The notes beneath the pieces were generated by a model. The model was not told the origin of the DNA. It did not search any database and saw only the letters and a program-made list of their open reading frames with translations. A DNA stretch of 64,000 bases from Ministeria vibrans ATCC 50519. Taxonomy: Eukaryota; Protista; Filasterea. Location: contig CALSCP010002399.1 of the NCBI GenBank assembly GCA_943704425.1, positions 88,515 through 152,514 on the forward strand, given 5' to 3'. A program made the translations under genes and the position numbers. Below are positions 13,536 through 37,722 of this stretch, piece after piece; the stretch's first letter is position 1, and each line of letters begins with the position of its first letter.

Positions 13536-14643
13536 AATATAATTGTGCGTGTGGTTACTGTTGATGCCAAAGACGTAGACAGGCACAATTGGAGTCGATT
13601 TTCGCAGCGCCAGACGTACAAACCCCTTTCGATCGTTGAGCACAAGCTCGTCAGTTGAGTGTTTGCACGACAGCCTGCATGTGCAACAATGCATCAGCGA
13701 CAATACAAATCAATATGGAGAGCAAAACCCCAAATCATGAATTACATTTCTCGAATTCCACCCGGCAGAAGAAGTACGGAGGAGCCCTTGTCGATGATGC
13801 CCTCGAGAGTCGCGCGAGACGCATCCACTGCGCCCATCAGAAGATAGAGCTCGCGCCACAGCGGAAACCAAAAATTGGCTGTGACTACCGCAACATTGAG
13901 GTTTATGCCGGGCAGAAGAGAACGACGCTCGCAACCGTCAGATTGGAAGGCAAGCAGAACGTGGTAGGGAATCTACAATGAATTGTATTATAATAATCAC
14001 ACCAATGATCAAGTGCACTAGTTGCTGCTCTTACCATTCCGTGAGGGTGGAGTGCAAAGATGTAAGGTTTGTCGGCTGGAATAGGGGGACAGGCACGTAG
14101 CATTCTCATGGGAAAGTAGGCGGCTGCCATTTTGAATATCTGTCAGTCAGGGTTGAGAGCAGTGACGGATGAGATGAGAGTTGAGACGGAGCAGTTGGGA
14201 GTTGGCCTTACGCGGCTCTTCATGACGGATTCGGACATTCCTGTTCCCTCAATGCTGGCACGACAGGTCAGCATGCGGGCAAGGAAAATCACCATAGTGG
14301 CAATCTGGAGGAGAAGAGAGACAGAGAAAGAGAGAGGAGAACATCAACATAATGATGAAGATAGACTGATGTGCAGGAGAGCGTACGACTCCCGGCAAGC
14401 CGAAGAACAGAAAGGCCATGATGTTGAGAAGGCTAGAATGCAAAGGGAGCATGCGAGGATGAGCGGCATGGGCGTGGGTGGGCGCAGAGGGCGCTCTCAC
14501 GTGAAGGCAGGTCCGGCAAAGGTCCACTTGAGCAGATTCGCAAGAAACAACACAAGTGAATCTTTGTAGGTGAGCGCCGGTCGATACGGCGACACGGCTT
14601 CACCCGGACGTAGAGGAAGCAATGGATCGACGGGAGATGACAT
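12972..14643 (-). CDS. DGAT2: DGAT2/MOGAT-family acyltransferase, multi-exon
   Basis: YIFALHPHG|, FPLWRELYLLMGAVDASR, VLLLPGGIRE, PVTAVVGAPL, HSQYVDALTALFELNK; hydrophobic N-terminal exons. Family is secure, DGAT2 vs MOGAT orthology is not. Confidence 0.88.
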
Positions 14644-14693
14644 GAGCACAAAAAAGAAATGATTAGAATTACAAAAATATTATTATATTATAG

Positions 14694-14831
14694 ATCGAGA
14701 GCTGTACTCAATGTCAAAACAAAACTATATACAAAACAAAAAGCAGCATAATACTTCCGCCGTAGGCGCCCGTAGCCCGTAGAGTGTAGACTTCAAGGCG
14801 AGAATGTCCCGAAAAAAGCCCATAGACCCAC
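14694..14831. repeat. Dispersed ~130 bp element, copy 1 (51 bp upstream of the DGAT2 ATG)
   Basis: 36-nt identity ATCGAGAGCTGTACTCAATGTCAAAACAAAACTATA plus shared blocks AATACTTCCGCCGTAG and CTTCAAG.CGAGAATGTCCCGAAA.AAGCCCATA with 55070-55190. Confidence 0.9.
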
Positions 14832-15131
14832 TGAATATTCATAATTCAACTTCAGAATTAAGATATATCAGCTATGCCGCTACAGGGCGCTGCAGGGCCC
14901 TATACGCGTGCCCAGCGGTGCCATACCGTATACGGCGTCTCGAGACTCCATATATTGCTGGTCGTCACTGTTGATCCCATGGGGAGGGTGCAGTAGCAGC
15001 TACCTTCGCAGATTGATCTTGGAGACACTGTTGCTTCTTTTGTCAATTAATAGAATACTAAATAGATTATTATCAATTTCTGTTTATTATTGCTTTGGTA
15101 CATCTAGCGTACCTGTTTTGCAACACTCAGC

Positions 15132-19082
<3,951 letters not shown>

Positions 19083-19343
19083 AAAAATTTCCCGCTGTTG
19101 TTTGTTTCAGTATCGCCTTGCTCGTATATTGGAAACCAGCTGTCATGACACGATATTATATAGCTTTGCGGGACTTGCCAACACGGAGCATTGCAGTATC
19201 GATGTATGTCATCTATTTTTATCACGTCTAACCGACCCAAAAAATAATATGGACAATCGTCGACTCATATATTTATTTTCATAATAATTCGCATTCACAA
19301 TAATTATTCTTGCTTGACCAACGTAATTAACGTACTTTTCATC

Positions 19344-20143
19344 ATGACGACGGCTTGCGTGCATGAGTTGAAAAATCTTGTTGCAGTTGGAGATTCGCTT
19401 TCTGGCGTGGTACAAAACAAACAAAACAAACGATCGATTTTTGCGGATTTATCATTTTCGACTTGCAAATTTAGACATCTCTCCTTCATCGCGTTACAAA
19501 CCATGGATCTTACTCTTGGGATGACGTGCCGGTGAGCAAAAAAATTTAGCAAAAACATCAATATTTTAGCGACAGCGGTCGGCTATAGACGTTGAGTCGA
19601 CCAAAATAATTCTTTGTATATTAATTCGACTCACGCTTTTTTTCTTTTTTTACATACATAATATTATGATCATGATCAGCCCTTCCGAGCAACTTATGTG
19701 GTTGTTCCCATGCCAAAGACGGTTTCTCGCAAGTAAGTAAAGCGTCTGTTTGTGATAGATAATGCATGCTCTGGGTATATATATTTTCGCGGTTTGAGTT
19801 TATTACTAACATGGTTTATCCGAGTTTACCCTCAAAAATAAGAAGAACAATTAATTTTAACTTTTTCGTCGCAGCCCCGGCGAAAAAGTCGAATTGCACG
19901 TGGTGGAGGGAGACCTGGGCGTCATCAATCCGCATCGCTACGACGATGCGCACGTGGTAGTCGTCGTGTACTCGGTGTACAGTCGACGTTCCTATGAAAA
20001 GGCATCGGATTTGGTGGCGCAAGTGCGACGCTTTCGAAGGGACGTGCCCATTTGCGTTGTCGAATGCGACGCAGGGTGTGACCCCCAGTACTTGGACACA
20101 GGCCACGTAAGAAAATAAGAATAACAAATAATAATAATAATAA

Positions 20144-20174
<31 letters not shown>

Positions 20175-21808
20175 AATATATTTTCTTCGCTTTGCTCAGG
20201 TCAACAGAGCACGAGTGAGTAGCTTGGACTTTAGTGCCCTCCTGGGCAAAGACCGCGCACAGGCGCTGATGAAATGCTCTGTGCAACATCGCGAAAGCAT
20301 TCGCCTGCTCGTCAACAAGGTCATCGAACTGGCCATGTCGCAGTCGCGTCCGTTTACACCATCACCCAAAGGCATTTCGAGATTTGTACCCAAATTATTC
20401 TCTTCTTCAGCCAGTAGGAGGCCCCGCACCCCGAATTGACTGTACTCACACAAGCTTTTGTACGTGCATAGAGGACACATTCAACACACAGAGCATCAGC
20501 TTTTCCGCCTCTACACCTCTCGGCGCAGTGCCACGCACCACACCCGTGCACACAAAGAAGCGACCGGTGAGCGAGTCAGTTGTCAACAACACCAGGCACC
20601 AAAGACTGTCGGGCCCGCACGACAACACGAAGAAAACAATCAGCACAGTCGACTTTATCACGGAAACAGCACACGAAGACAAAACCGCCGAGCATCAACC
20701 ACAAGAAAACGACGAAGAGAAGGAGGAGGAGGAGGAAGAAGAAGAAGAAGAACGTGACAATGTGCAGGTGGGTGAGGCAGGGGGTGAAGGCACAACCGAA
20801 CATACAACGCACGTTGCAGTTCCAGCGCTCACGGGGCCTTGGTACACAGCCGTACGCAACACAGAGGTAGTTACATGTGCCACAAGGAGAGGAATACGAG
20901 GTCTATACTAACACCCACGTTTTGCCTCTTTTTCAATGCACACACAGGAGAAGAAGCGCTTTGTGACCACCTGTAAGTTCACAGCAAGAAACCCAAGCGC
21001 CTCATTCTTGTTTGTTTTGTTGCAGTTTTGCACACGAAAGACAATGTAAGGCACACGCGCGACGCGACCGCCATCAGTTTAAACACGCTGTCGCAACGTC
21101 TGCAATACGACCGAGTGGACTTGGACTCAGCCATGGCCAGCATGTACGCCCTTGTGGACGAAACGGCAGCCGCAGTCGCCTCGCTGGAGGCCAGCCTTGC
21201 AAATCCCGCAATGCGCACAACCTACATTGCCCTGGCTCTCCATGAGCTCTTTTGCCAGGTGATGCCTGAGGAGCTTGTTGACGAGATTGCGCCCTGGAGA
21301 TTTGAATATGAAATGGCGCTGCTATCGCGCTCCAGGAGCCTCATGCGGCTGTACGACCGCGTCCATACGACTGCAAGCATTGATTGTCTTGTCGCTGAGC
21401 GCGTGAACCAAGCGCGGTGGCGTGCACAGCTCGAGAGGCTCTTTGACAGTCTGCCGCGCGAGACGATCCATGATGTCGCATTGCGGGCGCTCCTCTGTGC
21501 AGCATTTCGCGCGTTGGGAGGCGGCGCGGGCGGTCACGACAAGGAACACATTGCTTCGACACTTGTAGACAACCCTGATGTCCATCAGGCATTGGCAGGG
21601 GGCGCCACCGAGGACGAAATGGTGCGATTGGCACATGAACACACTGTGGGACACTCCTGCGAAGCCACTCGCTGTGTCAGCGAAGCAGCCCGGCACAGTG
21701 TGTCTGTGCACGACGCACAGTCAACCGAGGCATCGACAGAGGCGCGCAGGGCATTGAGATATCGATTCCGACAACGCAAACGCATTCGAGCAGTAAGAAT
21801 GAATAAAA

Positions 21809-21813
<5 letters not shown>
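19344..21813 (+). CDS. Protein with N-terminal Rho/Ras-like pseudo-GTPase domain, acidic linker and unrecognised helical C-terminal domain
   Basis: Spliced KNLVAVGDSLSGV|TSLLHRV..DDVP|PFRATY..|KVELHVVEGDL..YDDAHVVVVVYSVYSRRSYE..DVPICVVECD..|..MKCSVQHRESIRLLV follows the small-GTPase fold order; last exon 21028-21813 is open. Confidence 0.65.
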
Positions 21814-21841
<28 letters not shown>

Positions 21842-22021
21842 TATTATTATTATTATTATTATTATTATTGTTGTTGTTGTTGTTGTTGTTGTTGACATTG
21901 ATTTAATTATCTTCTGTGTATTATGTAGGTGTTCTCACAAGAAGAGGCTCTTCAATTTTAGACTTTTGCTTTTCAATTTTGTTACAGGGAGCTTTGTTTG
22001 TAATACAAGTACGTTCTCTTT

Positions 22022-24029
<2,008 letters not shown>

Positions 24030-24304
24030 ACTGGAAAATAAATTACAATTATTAACAATTTACAATGATAATGAAACTACAAGAGAAGTATTATCACTTA
24101 TCAGTCAATGAGGGATTTCCGATTAGCCTTCAGACTCGATCAAATGAGCCAATTTGAAGCGATCAACATGCAATAAAGCCACAGGGAATACGACGCGTAT
24201 TTTCATACAATTATGAGGTGAGAATGAGTACGAGGAGTAAAATGAAAACATTGATACTCATTAAAATCAAAAATTCACTTTTTTTGTTAAAACGCCCGTC
24301 AGCC

Positions 24305-25456
<1,152 letters not shown>

Positions 25457-25586
25457 AACCAAAACACACACTCATATCCCATCCCATCTCATCCCATCAG
25501 CTTTGTTGGTTCCTTCTCCTTCCAATCACTGTAACCTTTTTTTTTTTACTCTATTGAACAAAGTACAAACAGTATTGTTTTTGTTA

Positions 25587-28449
25587 TTACACTGTGGTGT
25601 GAGCGTCCAAGTCAAAGATGGACACGGGACTGTGCGCAGTGCCTTCCAAAGAACACTCGAGCGCATTACGAAGGTCGCTCAATCTAAGGGGGAAAACGAG
25701 GCAGAGAGACAGAGAGAGCATAATAAGTTGAGAGCCAGTTGCGTGAGAGTATCGTTGCTCAAAAGTAAAATAGCACCACACACACACAGACACACACACA
25801 CACACACACACACACAAGACATAGACTAACCTCTGCACGTGATGCGTGTGGCCCTCGTGTGCATAGGCCGTCAGTGCGTCGTTCAGGCGTCCTTGGCTCT
25901 CCCTCAGCACTCCCATTGACACACCACTCTGTTCCTCATCACCTAATCGCACTACAAACGACACTACTAAGAAACAACAATACACAAACAAAATGACATA
26001 CGCTTGGCGAGATGGAGTCTGCGTGCGGTGTCGCCAAGGCGAGCGTGGCGGGCCAGGGCAATGAGAGCGTCGTAGCGCCCGTCGCGCGTATTGCCGGTGC
26101 GTGCGCGCGCCAGCACAATCGCGTACAGATCGGGCGCACTCAGCTGCCGCGCACATCGTAGCGCACTCTCGAGTCGCTCGTGTCGCACCAGCGCAGTGAA
26201 AAATCGCCGTCGAAACACATTCACCGTGATTTGCTCGCGTTGCTGCTTCACATCAACTGCTCCTACCACTTCCGCCGGTTTCATCACCCTCTCTCGTTCC
26301 TGCGACAACTGCCCCTCCCCCTGATGACTGCCACCCTCGTCGTCCTCAAGTTCTTCTTGATCAAAGGCCGTCACTTCGTTGCGCCGGTCGTACGTCGCAA
26401 ACAGGCGCCAGAGCAACGTCTCCAGCGCCCCCGCACGAGCCTGGGCCGCCCCATCGCCCACCCGCGCCTCATCGTGATACAGACGCAAAAACGTGTCCAC
26501 ACAGGCGCGAAGAGCACACAACGCTGCACTCGCGTCGACTGACCATGGGAGCACCCGCGCCAACGCAAGTGCCTCTGCAAACATCTGGTCCTGCTGTTCG
26601 TGCACACCTGAGAATGGTCTGTGCAGGCGCAAGTGCATCCGCATGAGCGACACAAACCCCAGTGTGCCATCGTCTACGGCACCCAGCTCAAGGCGCACAG
26701 CACAGAGTGGTCCGGATTCAAGGGCAACCAACACCGTGTCGCCACGGTAGCAGCTCCCATTGGGTTCACCGCGCGCCCACACACACACAGGAAAGCTCTT
26801 TCGCAATTGCTGTGGCTGCTGCTGTTGCTGCTGCCGAGGCTCCGCAGCACTGACAGTGTGGTGGCCCAGACGGTCGAGGTACATTGACAGGTCAATACAG
26901 CTTGTGTCCACGTTGAGCGGTCGGTCATCATGGACAGAGACGCTGAGCAGCGTAAGCGCTGCATCGAACCAGCAGAAGGAGCCACGGGAGTCGACGACAG
27001 CAAGGGCAGCATCAGACTCGTGCCACAGTACACTCAGAGGCACCTGTAGTCCATCGGGGACGTGTCGACGGGCCAGTGCCGGAGCAGCAGCCACTGCTCC
27101 ACTGCCAAGGTTGTTGTGTGCACAGCGACGCACCAACACCAGTGCGCCATCGTCGCAGACGAGCACCGTTGCCGTCTCGCCATGGTTCACTTTCGCGTGC
27201 ACAACCTCTGTTTCCGTCTCCACCACCATGGTCTCCCGCTCGTCCGTTCGACACTCTTCTGCGCCCTCCACCAACTCATAGGCACACAGCCACACGCGAC
27301 GACGGTTGTCTTCGTCAAGCTCGCACGTGAAGAACACACGAGGATGCGACTGACTGAACGCCAGCGAGAGGATCTGCTGCCGTCGCGTTTTCACACGACA
27401 CACTTCTCGAAGTGGCTCGGCCGCGGTAGTAGTAGCTATTCCTGTGGTAGTGGCGGATGCTGAGGAACTTGACACTGCAAAGAGCACAACGTTGACACGA
27501 CTGCGTCTCTCAGAGGTGCCACTGCGCGTCCAGAAACAGGCGACGAGCGACCCCGTCGGATTGGCACACACACGCGCGTCGGCGTACGCCTGCTGTGCAC
27601 TCTCGGCGGGCCCCAACTGCACCGTTTGCATCACTTTGATGTCGATTGGGGGAAGACGGTCGTCGCTGCGATCCTTCTCCTTGTACAGTTGCACCAGAGT
27701 GAGACGGGAGTGGTTTTCGCTTGTAAGCAGCGCCAGCGGTCCGCCCAGCAGCGTCGCCGACGCAATGTGACGGTCGTTGATCTTGTCCGCAAGTGCCGCA
27801 TCATGTACCATGCCGGTACAGTCGCCCGAGTGGCTGGCCACCGTGAAGAGCGTGAGGGTGCCGTCGTTCAAGAACAGCACAAATCCGTGCGTCGCCCCAA
27901 AGCGCGTCTCCTGCATCGCAACTGGCCGCCGTCGTGGTTCTGCCATAGCTTTTTCACACTGACGCAAAGCATCGCGCAGCCGATGTGCTCGTCCCGAGGC
28001 GCGGCCGTTCGGCGGCAGTGTGGTGAGGCCGCGCGCGAGACTCCACGCGTCGTCGCTGGTGCTCGTCGTCAGGGCACCACTGCCACCCGACGCGGGCGGC
28101 GGGCGGCTGTCCGACACGCCCACGGCATTCAACGACAACGTAGACGATGCGCCTGTCCCGGACGACTTGTCGCGATAGCAATGGACGCCGAGAGGAACGT
28201 CTACACAACAATAACAAAATTCCTTTCAGCTGTCAGAAAAAATATATGTGAACTTTTTGAAAACAAGAGTGTTTCTTTTGAGGATGCCCATCAAGAAGGC
28301 AGCGTGATGTGATTTAAAATGCACATACCACCCGGCTGAGGTCCCTACATAGACGATAAGCGGTGTTAGCGGGTGTAACAGCGCTGTTTGAGTGATACTG
28401 ATGATTTTCGAAGTGCCCACAAATGAACGTGTACAAGCAGCGTCGTCAT
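25587..28449 (-). CDS. WDPCP: Fritz / WDPCP (CPLANE ciliogenesis and PCP effector)
   Basis: N-term MTTLLVHVHLWALRK..DVPLGVHCYRDK; LWHESDAALAVVDSRGSFCWFDAAL; GPLCAVRL; EALALARVLPW; RRFFTALVRHERLESALRCA....DLY match the WDPCP conserved blocks. Confidence 0.8.
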
Positions 28450-28616
28450 CGACCGCCCCCCTGAAATCACCTCTATGGAAAGGATGATGGCTAAGCCGGA
28501 AAAAGAATGAGTCAATTATTTATTTATTTATTTATTTCAATATGAGATTGAAAAACTGTGTGTGTGTGTGAAACTGGAAAAATAAGAAGTCAAAACTAAA
28601 TTAATTTTACCTCATC

Positions 28617-31014
28617 ATGTCGCATATGCACCGTCGAGTACTGGTAAGGATCACACTGCTCCGAGAACTTCTTCTGGGATTTATAATTTGGTCTTGTTTG
28701 TTTGAAAATGAATATGATTTTGAGTTCATCGCGTCGACCCTTCTCCACTCTCCCGAGTCGTGTTGGCTCGATTGGATGCACTTCCTACGCGTGTTTCTGC
28801 TCCCGTTGCGCCAATTGTCTTATTGATGCTGACACAAAACGGATTTTTTTTTTTTTTTTCAAACCTCTCTTGGTTTTTAGGGCCCCACTGGCCGAAACTT
28901 GTCTTTAGAAGGCTACGTTGGCTTTGACGGGCTTCCCGACCAGCTTGTCAACATCCGATCGCGCTACGGTAGGAAACAAAGTGACGTGCGCTGAGCGACA
29001 GTCTGTTCCGTTTTGAAACTCACTTTAAAAAAAAAAAAAAAAAAAAAAAAAATTGCAGGATTCGAATTCAACGTCATGTGCATCGGTAAGCACGAGGGGT
29101 ACAGGGGGTGTGGAGGGGAATGAAGGGTGCTGGGTGGGGAAGAAAATGGAAGGGGCTCACAGGAGTGAGTGAGAGAGAGAGAGAGAGAGAGAGTGATGGA
29201 CAGCGCGTCAGTCGCACACACAACTTATCATCAGCGGTTGTTCCCGACTGACTCCCCTCTTTCCCTCGTGGATTTTGCTTAGGCGAACCTGGTATTGGCA
29301 AGTCGACGCTCATTGACACGCTGTTCAAGACCGAACTGGAGACCAAACCACAGATGTGGCGTCAAGAGAAGGTGTCGCTGGATGTGAATCAATTTGGTAT
29401 GCGTCTTGCGTGTGTCTGTTCCTCTCTCTCATTTGTTCTTTCTATTGTACATACAGACCTGGAGGAGAGTGGCATTGAGTTGCAGCTGTCTGTCATTGAC
29501 TCGCGTGGATTTGGCGATCAAATTAACAAAGAAAAAAGGTTTGTGTGAGTCGTATCGGCTGAGATAATCTCACGTGTGAATTTTCTCAGTTTCAACCCCA
29601 TTGTGGAGTACATTGACAAGCAGCTGGAGTCCTATATGAAGGAGGAGTCGCGCACCCGTCGTCACCTCAAGACTTTCAAGGACACGCGAGTGCACGTCTG
29701 TCTCTACTTCATCTCCCCTACTGGTACGACACATACGCACATACTCTTCGACCGGTCCTCCTAAACGCTTGTTGGTCTGATTTTTTGTGTAGGGCACTCG
29801 ATCAAGTCAATGGACCTGGAGTGTCTGAAGGAGCTGCAGTCGCGCGTGAATGTGATTCCCGTTATTGCCAAGGCGGACACGGTTACCAAAGAGGACTTGG
29901 ACCGCTTCCGCAAGCGTATCCGCAGAGAGTTTGCTGACAACGATATCCACCTCTACCAGGTACGCATCTCATTCTTCCCACTGTCAATGTACCATAGTAA
30001 TGTTGCTTAAAACTGCCTGGATATGTGTCCGTCTCTCTGTGTGGTTCTTACGCACTATCACGCACACACCTACACAAACACACACATACATGTAGATATA
30101 TATAATTATATTATATATAATTATATATATACTCTCTCTCTCTCTCTCAAATTATCTCTTTCTTGTGTCGGCCTGACTATTCTCTCTGGTAGTTCCCCGA
30201 TGAGGACCCAGCGGATGCTAAGCTTGCGGCAATGCAGCCGTTCGCGGTGGTGGGGAGTCGCACGCAGGTTGGGTTTGGCGAGAAGAAGGTGCGAGCGCGG
30301 CAGTACCCGTGGGGGCTGGTTGAGGTGGAGAACGACAAGCACTGCGACTTTGTGCACTTGCGGGAGCTGCTGGTGCGCAAGCACATTGTGGATTTGGTGC
30401 AGTCGACGCACCAACGCCACTACATGACGTACCGTGCCGAAACAATGGAGAGCAAGGGGTTTGTTGACAAGGACGACGAGAACATTGCCAAGGCGTTTGA
30501 GGAGAAGAAGAAGGCCTTTGAGGAGGAGATGAAGCTTGCCGAGGAGACCATGAGACAGCGCTTTATCAGCAAGGTCCAGTCCAAGGAGGCGCTCCTCAAG
30601 AACAAGCAGCAGGAGGTCAGCACACACGCAACCCGCACCATCCTCTTTATCACTTTTGTTCCACTTTGTTTCGCTATTACTGTGTTTCTCTCTCTCTCTT
30701 TTTTATATATTTTTGTTTTTTTCCCCCTTCCGCTATCCTTTATTTCTTTCCCTCCTATCTCTCTCTGGATCTGTGTGTCTCTTTTTCTCCTTCTTTATGT
30801 TTTTCCCTCTCACACACACTCACATGCGTAGATGTCCGACAAGTACGAGACACAGCTGAACAAGCTCAACGCGGAGCTGCGCCAGCTCAAGCAGCGTCAG
30901 TTGCAGCTCGACGACCAGCACAATGCTCTCAAGGCGGCCGCCAGCCACTCGCCCAAGGAGAAGCGCAAGAGTCGCAAGTTCCTCCGTGGCAACACCCCCA
31001 CTCCTCAGCTCTAA
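28617..31014 (+). CDS. Septin, SEPT6/8/11-like group, with C-terminal coiled coil
   Basis: [21 protein letters not shown]|[37 protein letters not shown]|[27 protein letters not shown]. Confidence 0.95.
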
Positions 31015-31218
31015 TATTCTTTATTATTATATTTTCCTTGAATTGAAAAGCCGACAGTCTCATTCTACGACAACGTGCAAAGCAGCAGCGCTGATTGATT
31101 CCTGATTGATTCCTTTTTTCAGCATTTGTTCAAAGAATTTTTAGATTGTTCATTTCAATCATTTGGTTCAATATTCAAATTGAACTAATATTTTCTACTT
31201 CAATTTGTTCACGTTTGG

Positions 31219-35378
<4,160 letters not shown>

Positions 35379-35680
35379 CTCACAAACCCTACCTAATCTC
35401 AAGTGTATCGAATAACAATAATATTAATAATAATAATAATAATACAGAGTAGCACGATGCTTTCGCTGTAGATCTCCAAATGAGAATGCATGAGAGAAGT
35501 CGCACTCATGAACGAAAATTGATAATATTAATAATAATATTATTATTAATTTTATTATTACTATTATTATTAATTTATTGCGCACGTTTAGAATAATAAT
35601 TATTATTTTTTGTGAATTCGAATTATCCCCCTTTTTAATAATCAAGTCATCCAAGAATTTTCCATCACTTTATATTTTTC

Positions 35681-35986
35681 TCATGAAGCAGTCTCATGAG
35701 CTAACAAGCACACAAGAGCGGATTCGTTGCCCTTGGCCGCGGCCAGTCGCAGTGGCGTGCACGCGCCCAGCACAAGCGAGGCAAAGCAGGCTGCGGGCGA
35801 AGTGAGGAGAAACTCGAGAACGCACGTGCTTGTGTGCATGCCCATGGCCGCCAAGTGGATTGCTGAGAGGCCGCTTGTCGTTGTGCCGCTGATATCGGCT
35901 CCGTTCACAATCAGCACTTCTATCACCTCTCTGAAGTAATAATAATAATAATTATTATTATTATTATTATGATTAGTATTATAATA

Positions 35987-36030
<44 letters not shown>

Positions 36031-37255
36031 TATTATTATTATTATCATCATCATCATCATTTTCGTACTTGTGGGTGTCGGAGCCAGCAAAGGCAGCCTC
36101 GAGAAGGGGTGTGCTGCCATTGTCTGCTTTACTCATGACAAACGACCCAGAGTGGAGAAGTTCACGGACGACAGCCTGATTAATGAAGGGGGGGGNNNNN
36201 NNNNNGGGGGGGAGGGTAAATGTGTACATTTTGTTTTCTATTATTCTTATTATATTTTTTCTTCCTACGTACCTTGTTGACTGGGTTGACTGAGCAGGCA
36301 ATGTGAAGTGGAATGTACCCAGCATGACTCTTGCTGTTGACATCAGCGCCATTTTCTATCAGCATTTTCACCGTTTGAACGCTTCCAGAGCGAGCAGCCT
36401 AATCGAAAGGTACGAGTAACTCCGCAGGAACTTCGAACCGTGGAAATGTCTATTACTTCGTGCAATGCTGTGAGTCCATCCAAATCGGTCTTGAGCTTCA
36501 CCTCTGCACCTTTTTCAAGCAAAACTCCGCATACTACACCCAATGCGCACGGTGAGTCATCGTGATAATTTTTAATTACCTTCGTCTTTTCCATTATGCG
36601 AAGCCTAACAAAACAAACAACGTATAAGTATTATTATTATAATATTATAATTATTTACGTTACCTCCATAAGAGGTGTTTGGCCGTCGAGTCCTTGGCAA
36701 TTGACAGAAATGCTGGGAGTCAGACTCAGGAGGCGGCGGACAATTGCAACATGTCCACTTCGACAAGCGGCAAAAAGACACAATTCTAATTCCCCAAGTT
36801 CCTTCCGCTCTATCATTTCGTCGATGCGGGCTTCAGGGAGTGTTGATAATACCTATAACAACAACATACATGAAAGATACAGAGAAAAAAAAGATATTTT
36901 TCCATTTCGTTGCACATCAGTGTCAAAAAGAGACGCGACGTTTTTTTTTGGGTTTTACTTTGCTGATTTTGCGTTCGTTGCTACGCGACCCCTGAGTTGC
37001 CGTGCGACTCTTTTTGGAGGAATGGCGCGAGCGTGCACTACTCGATGACGAGCTGCGTGGGGGCACAAGAATGTGGTTGTGGTTGTAGGGGGGCGGGGCC
37101 AGCAAGCGCGGTCCATCATGATCAGCTCCGCGATGATTGGCCGTCACATTGAGAGTCACGCTGTCAAGCTCCGTCTCATCCACTTCGCTGCTGTCACTAA
37201 CCGTGTCCAGTTTTGGTGGACCTGACATGTACTGGTACTTTTGTTGTGCGCTCAT
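35681..37255 (-). CDS. Ankyrin-repeat protein, multi-exon
   Basis: LFAACRSGHVAIVRRLL, GQTPLME, GLTALHE, GYIPLHIAC, GSTPLLEAA, GLSAIHLAA; exact ends uncertain. Confidence 0.75.
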
Positions 37256-37722
37256 CTCAGTATAATAAAAAGAATAAGAATGATTAAAGAAGATTGATTA
37301 AAGAAAATAATAATTATTATCGAATCTCATCGACTTTTCTCACTAATAATGCTTCTTCTTAATCTTCATAAATTTAATAATTATTCCTAATAATTAGTAT
37401 TAAATAATTCTTCTTCTTCTAATTGATAAATTAATAACAATATTATTATTATTATTATTATTATTATTTTGAATAATTATTATTACTCTTCGACTTTGAA
37501 GCTACAGTCTCTAGTGCAAAACAATAATAACATTTTTTTCACACAGTATCACAAACAAACGTAAAAATATGAATATCGTCGCAATCTCTCTCTGAATTTA
37601 CTCTTACCACTCCCAATCATCATCATTATTATGGTAAAAAGTTCAAGTTATTTCATTAATTTTTTGTTCCAAGAGAAAAGAGTGGGAAGGATATGTGGGC
37701 TATAAACTAATAAATGGGCCAC

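Noticed and set aside
13364-13658. ORFs with poly-SL, ER, HT, CV or I runs here and throughout the track
   Set aside because: Translations of intronic microsatellites.
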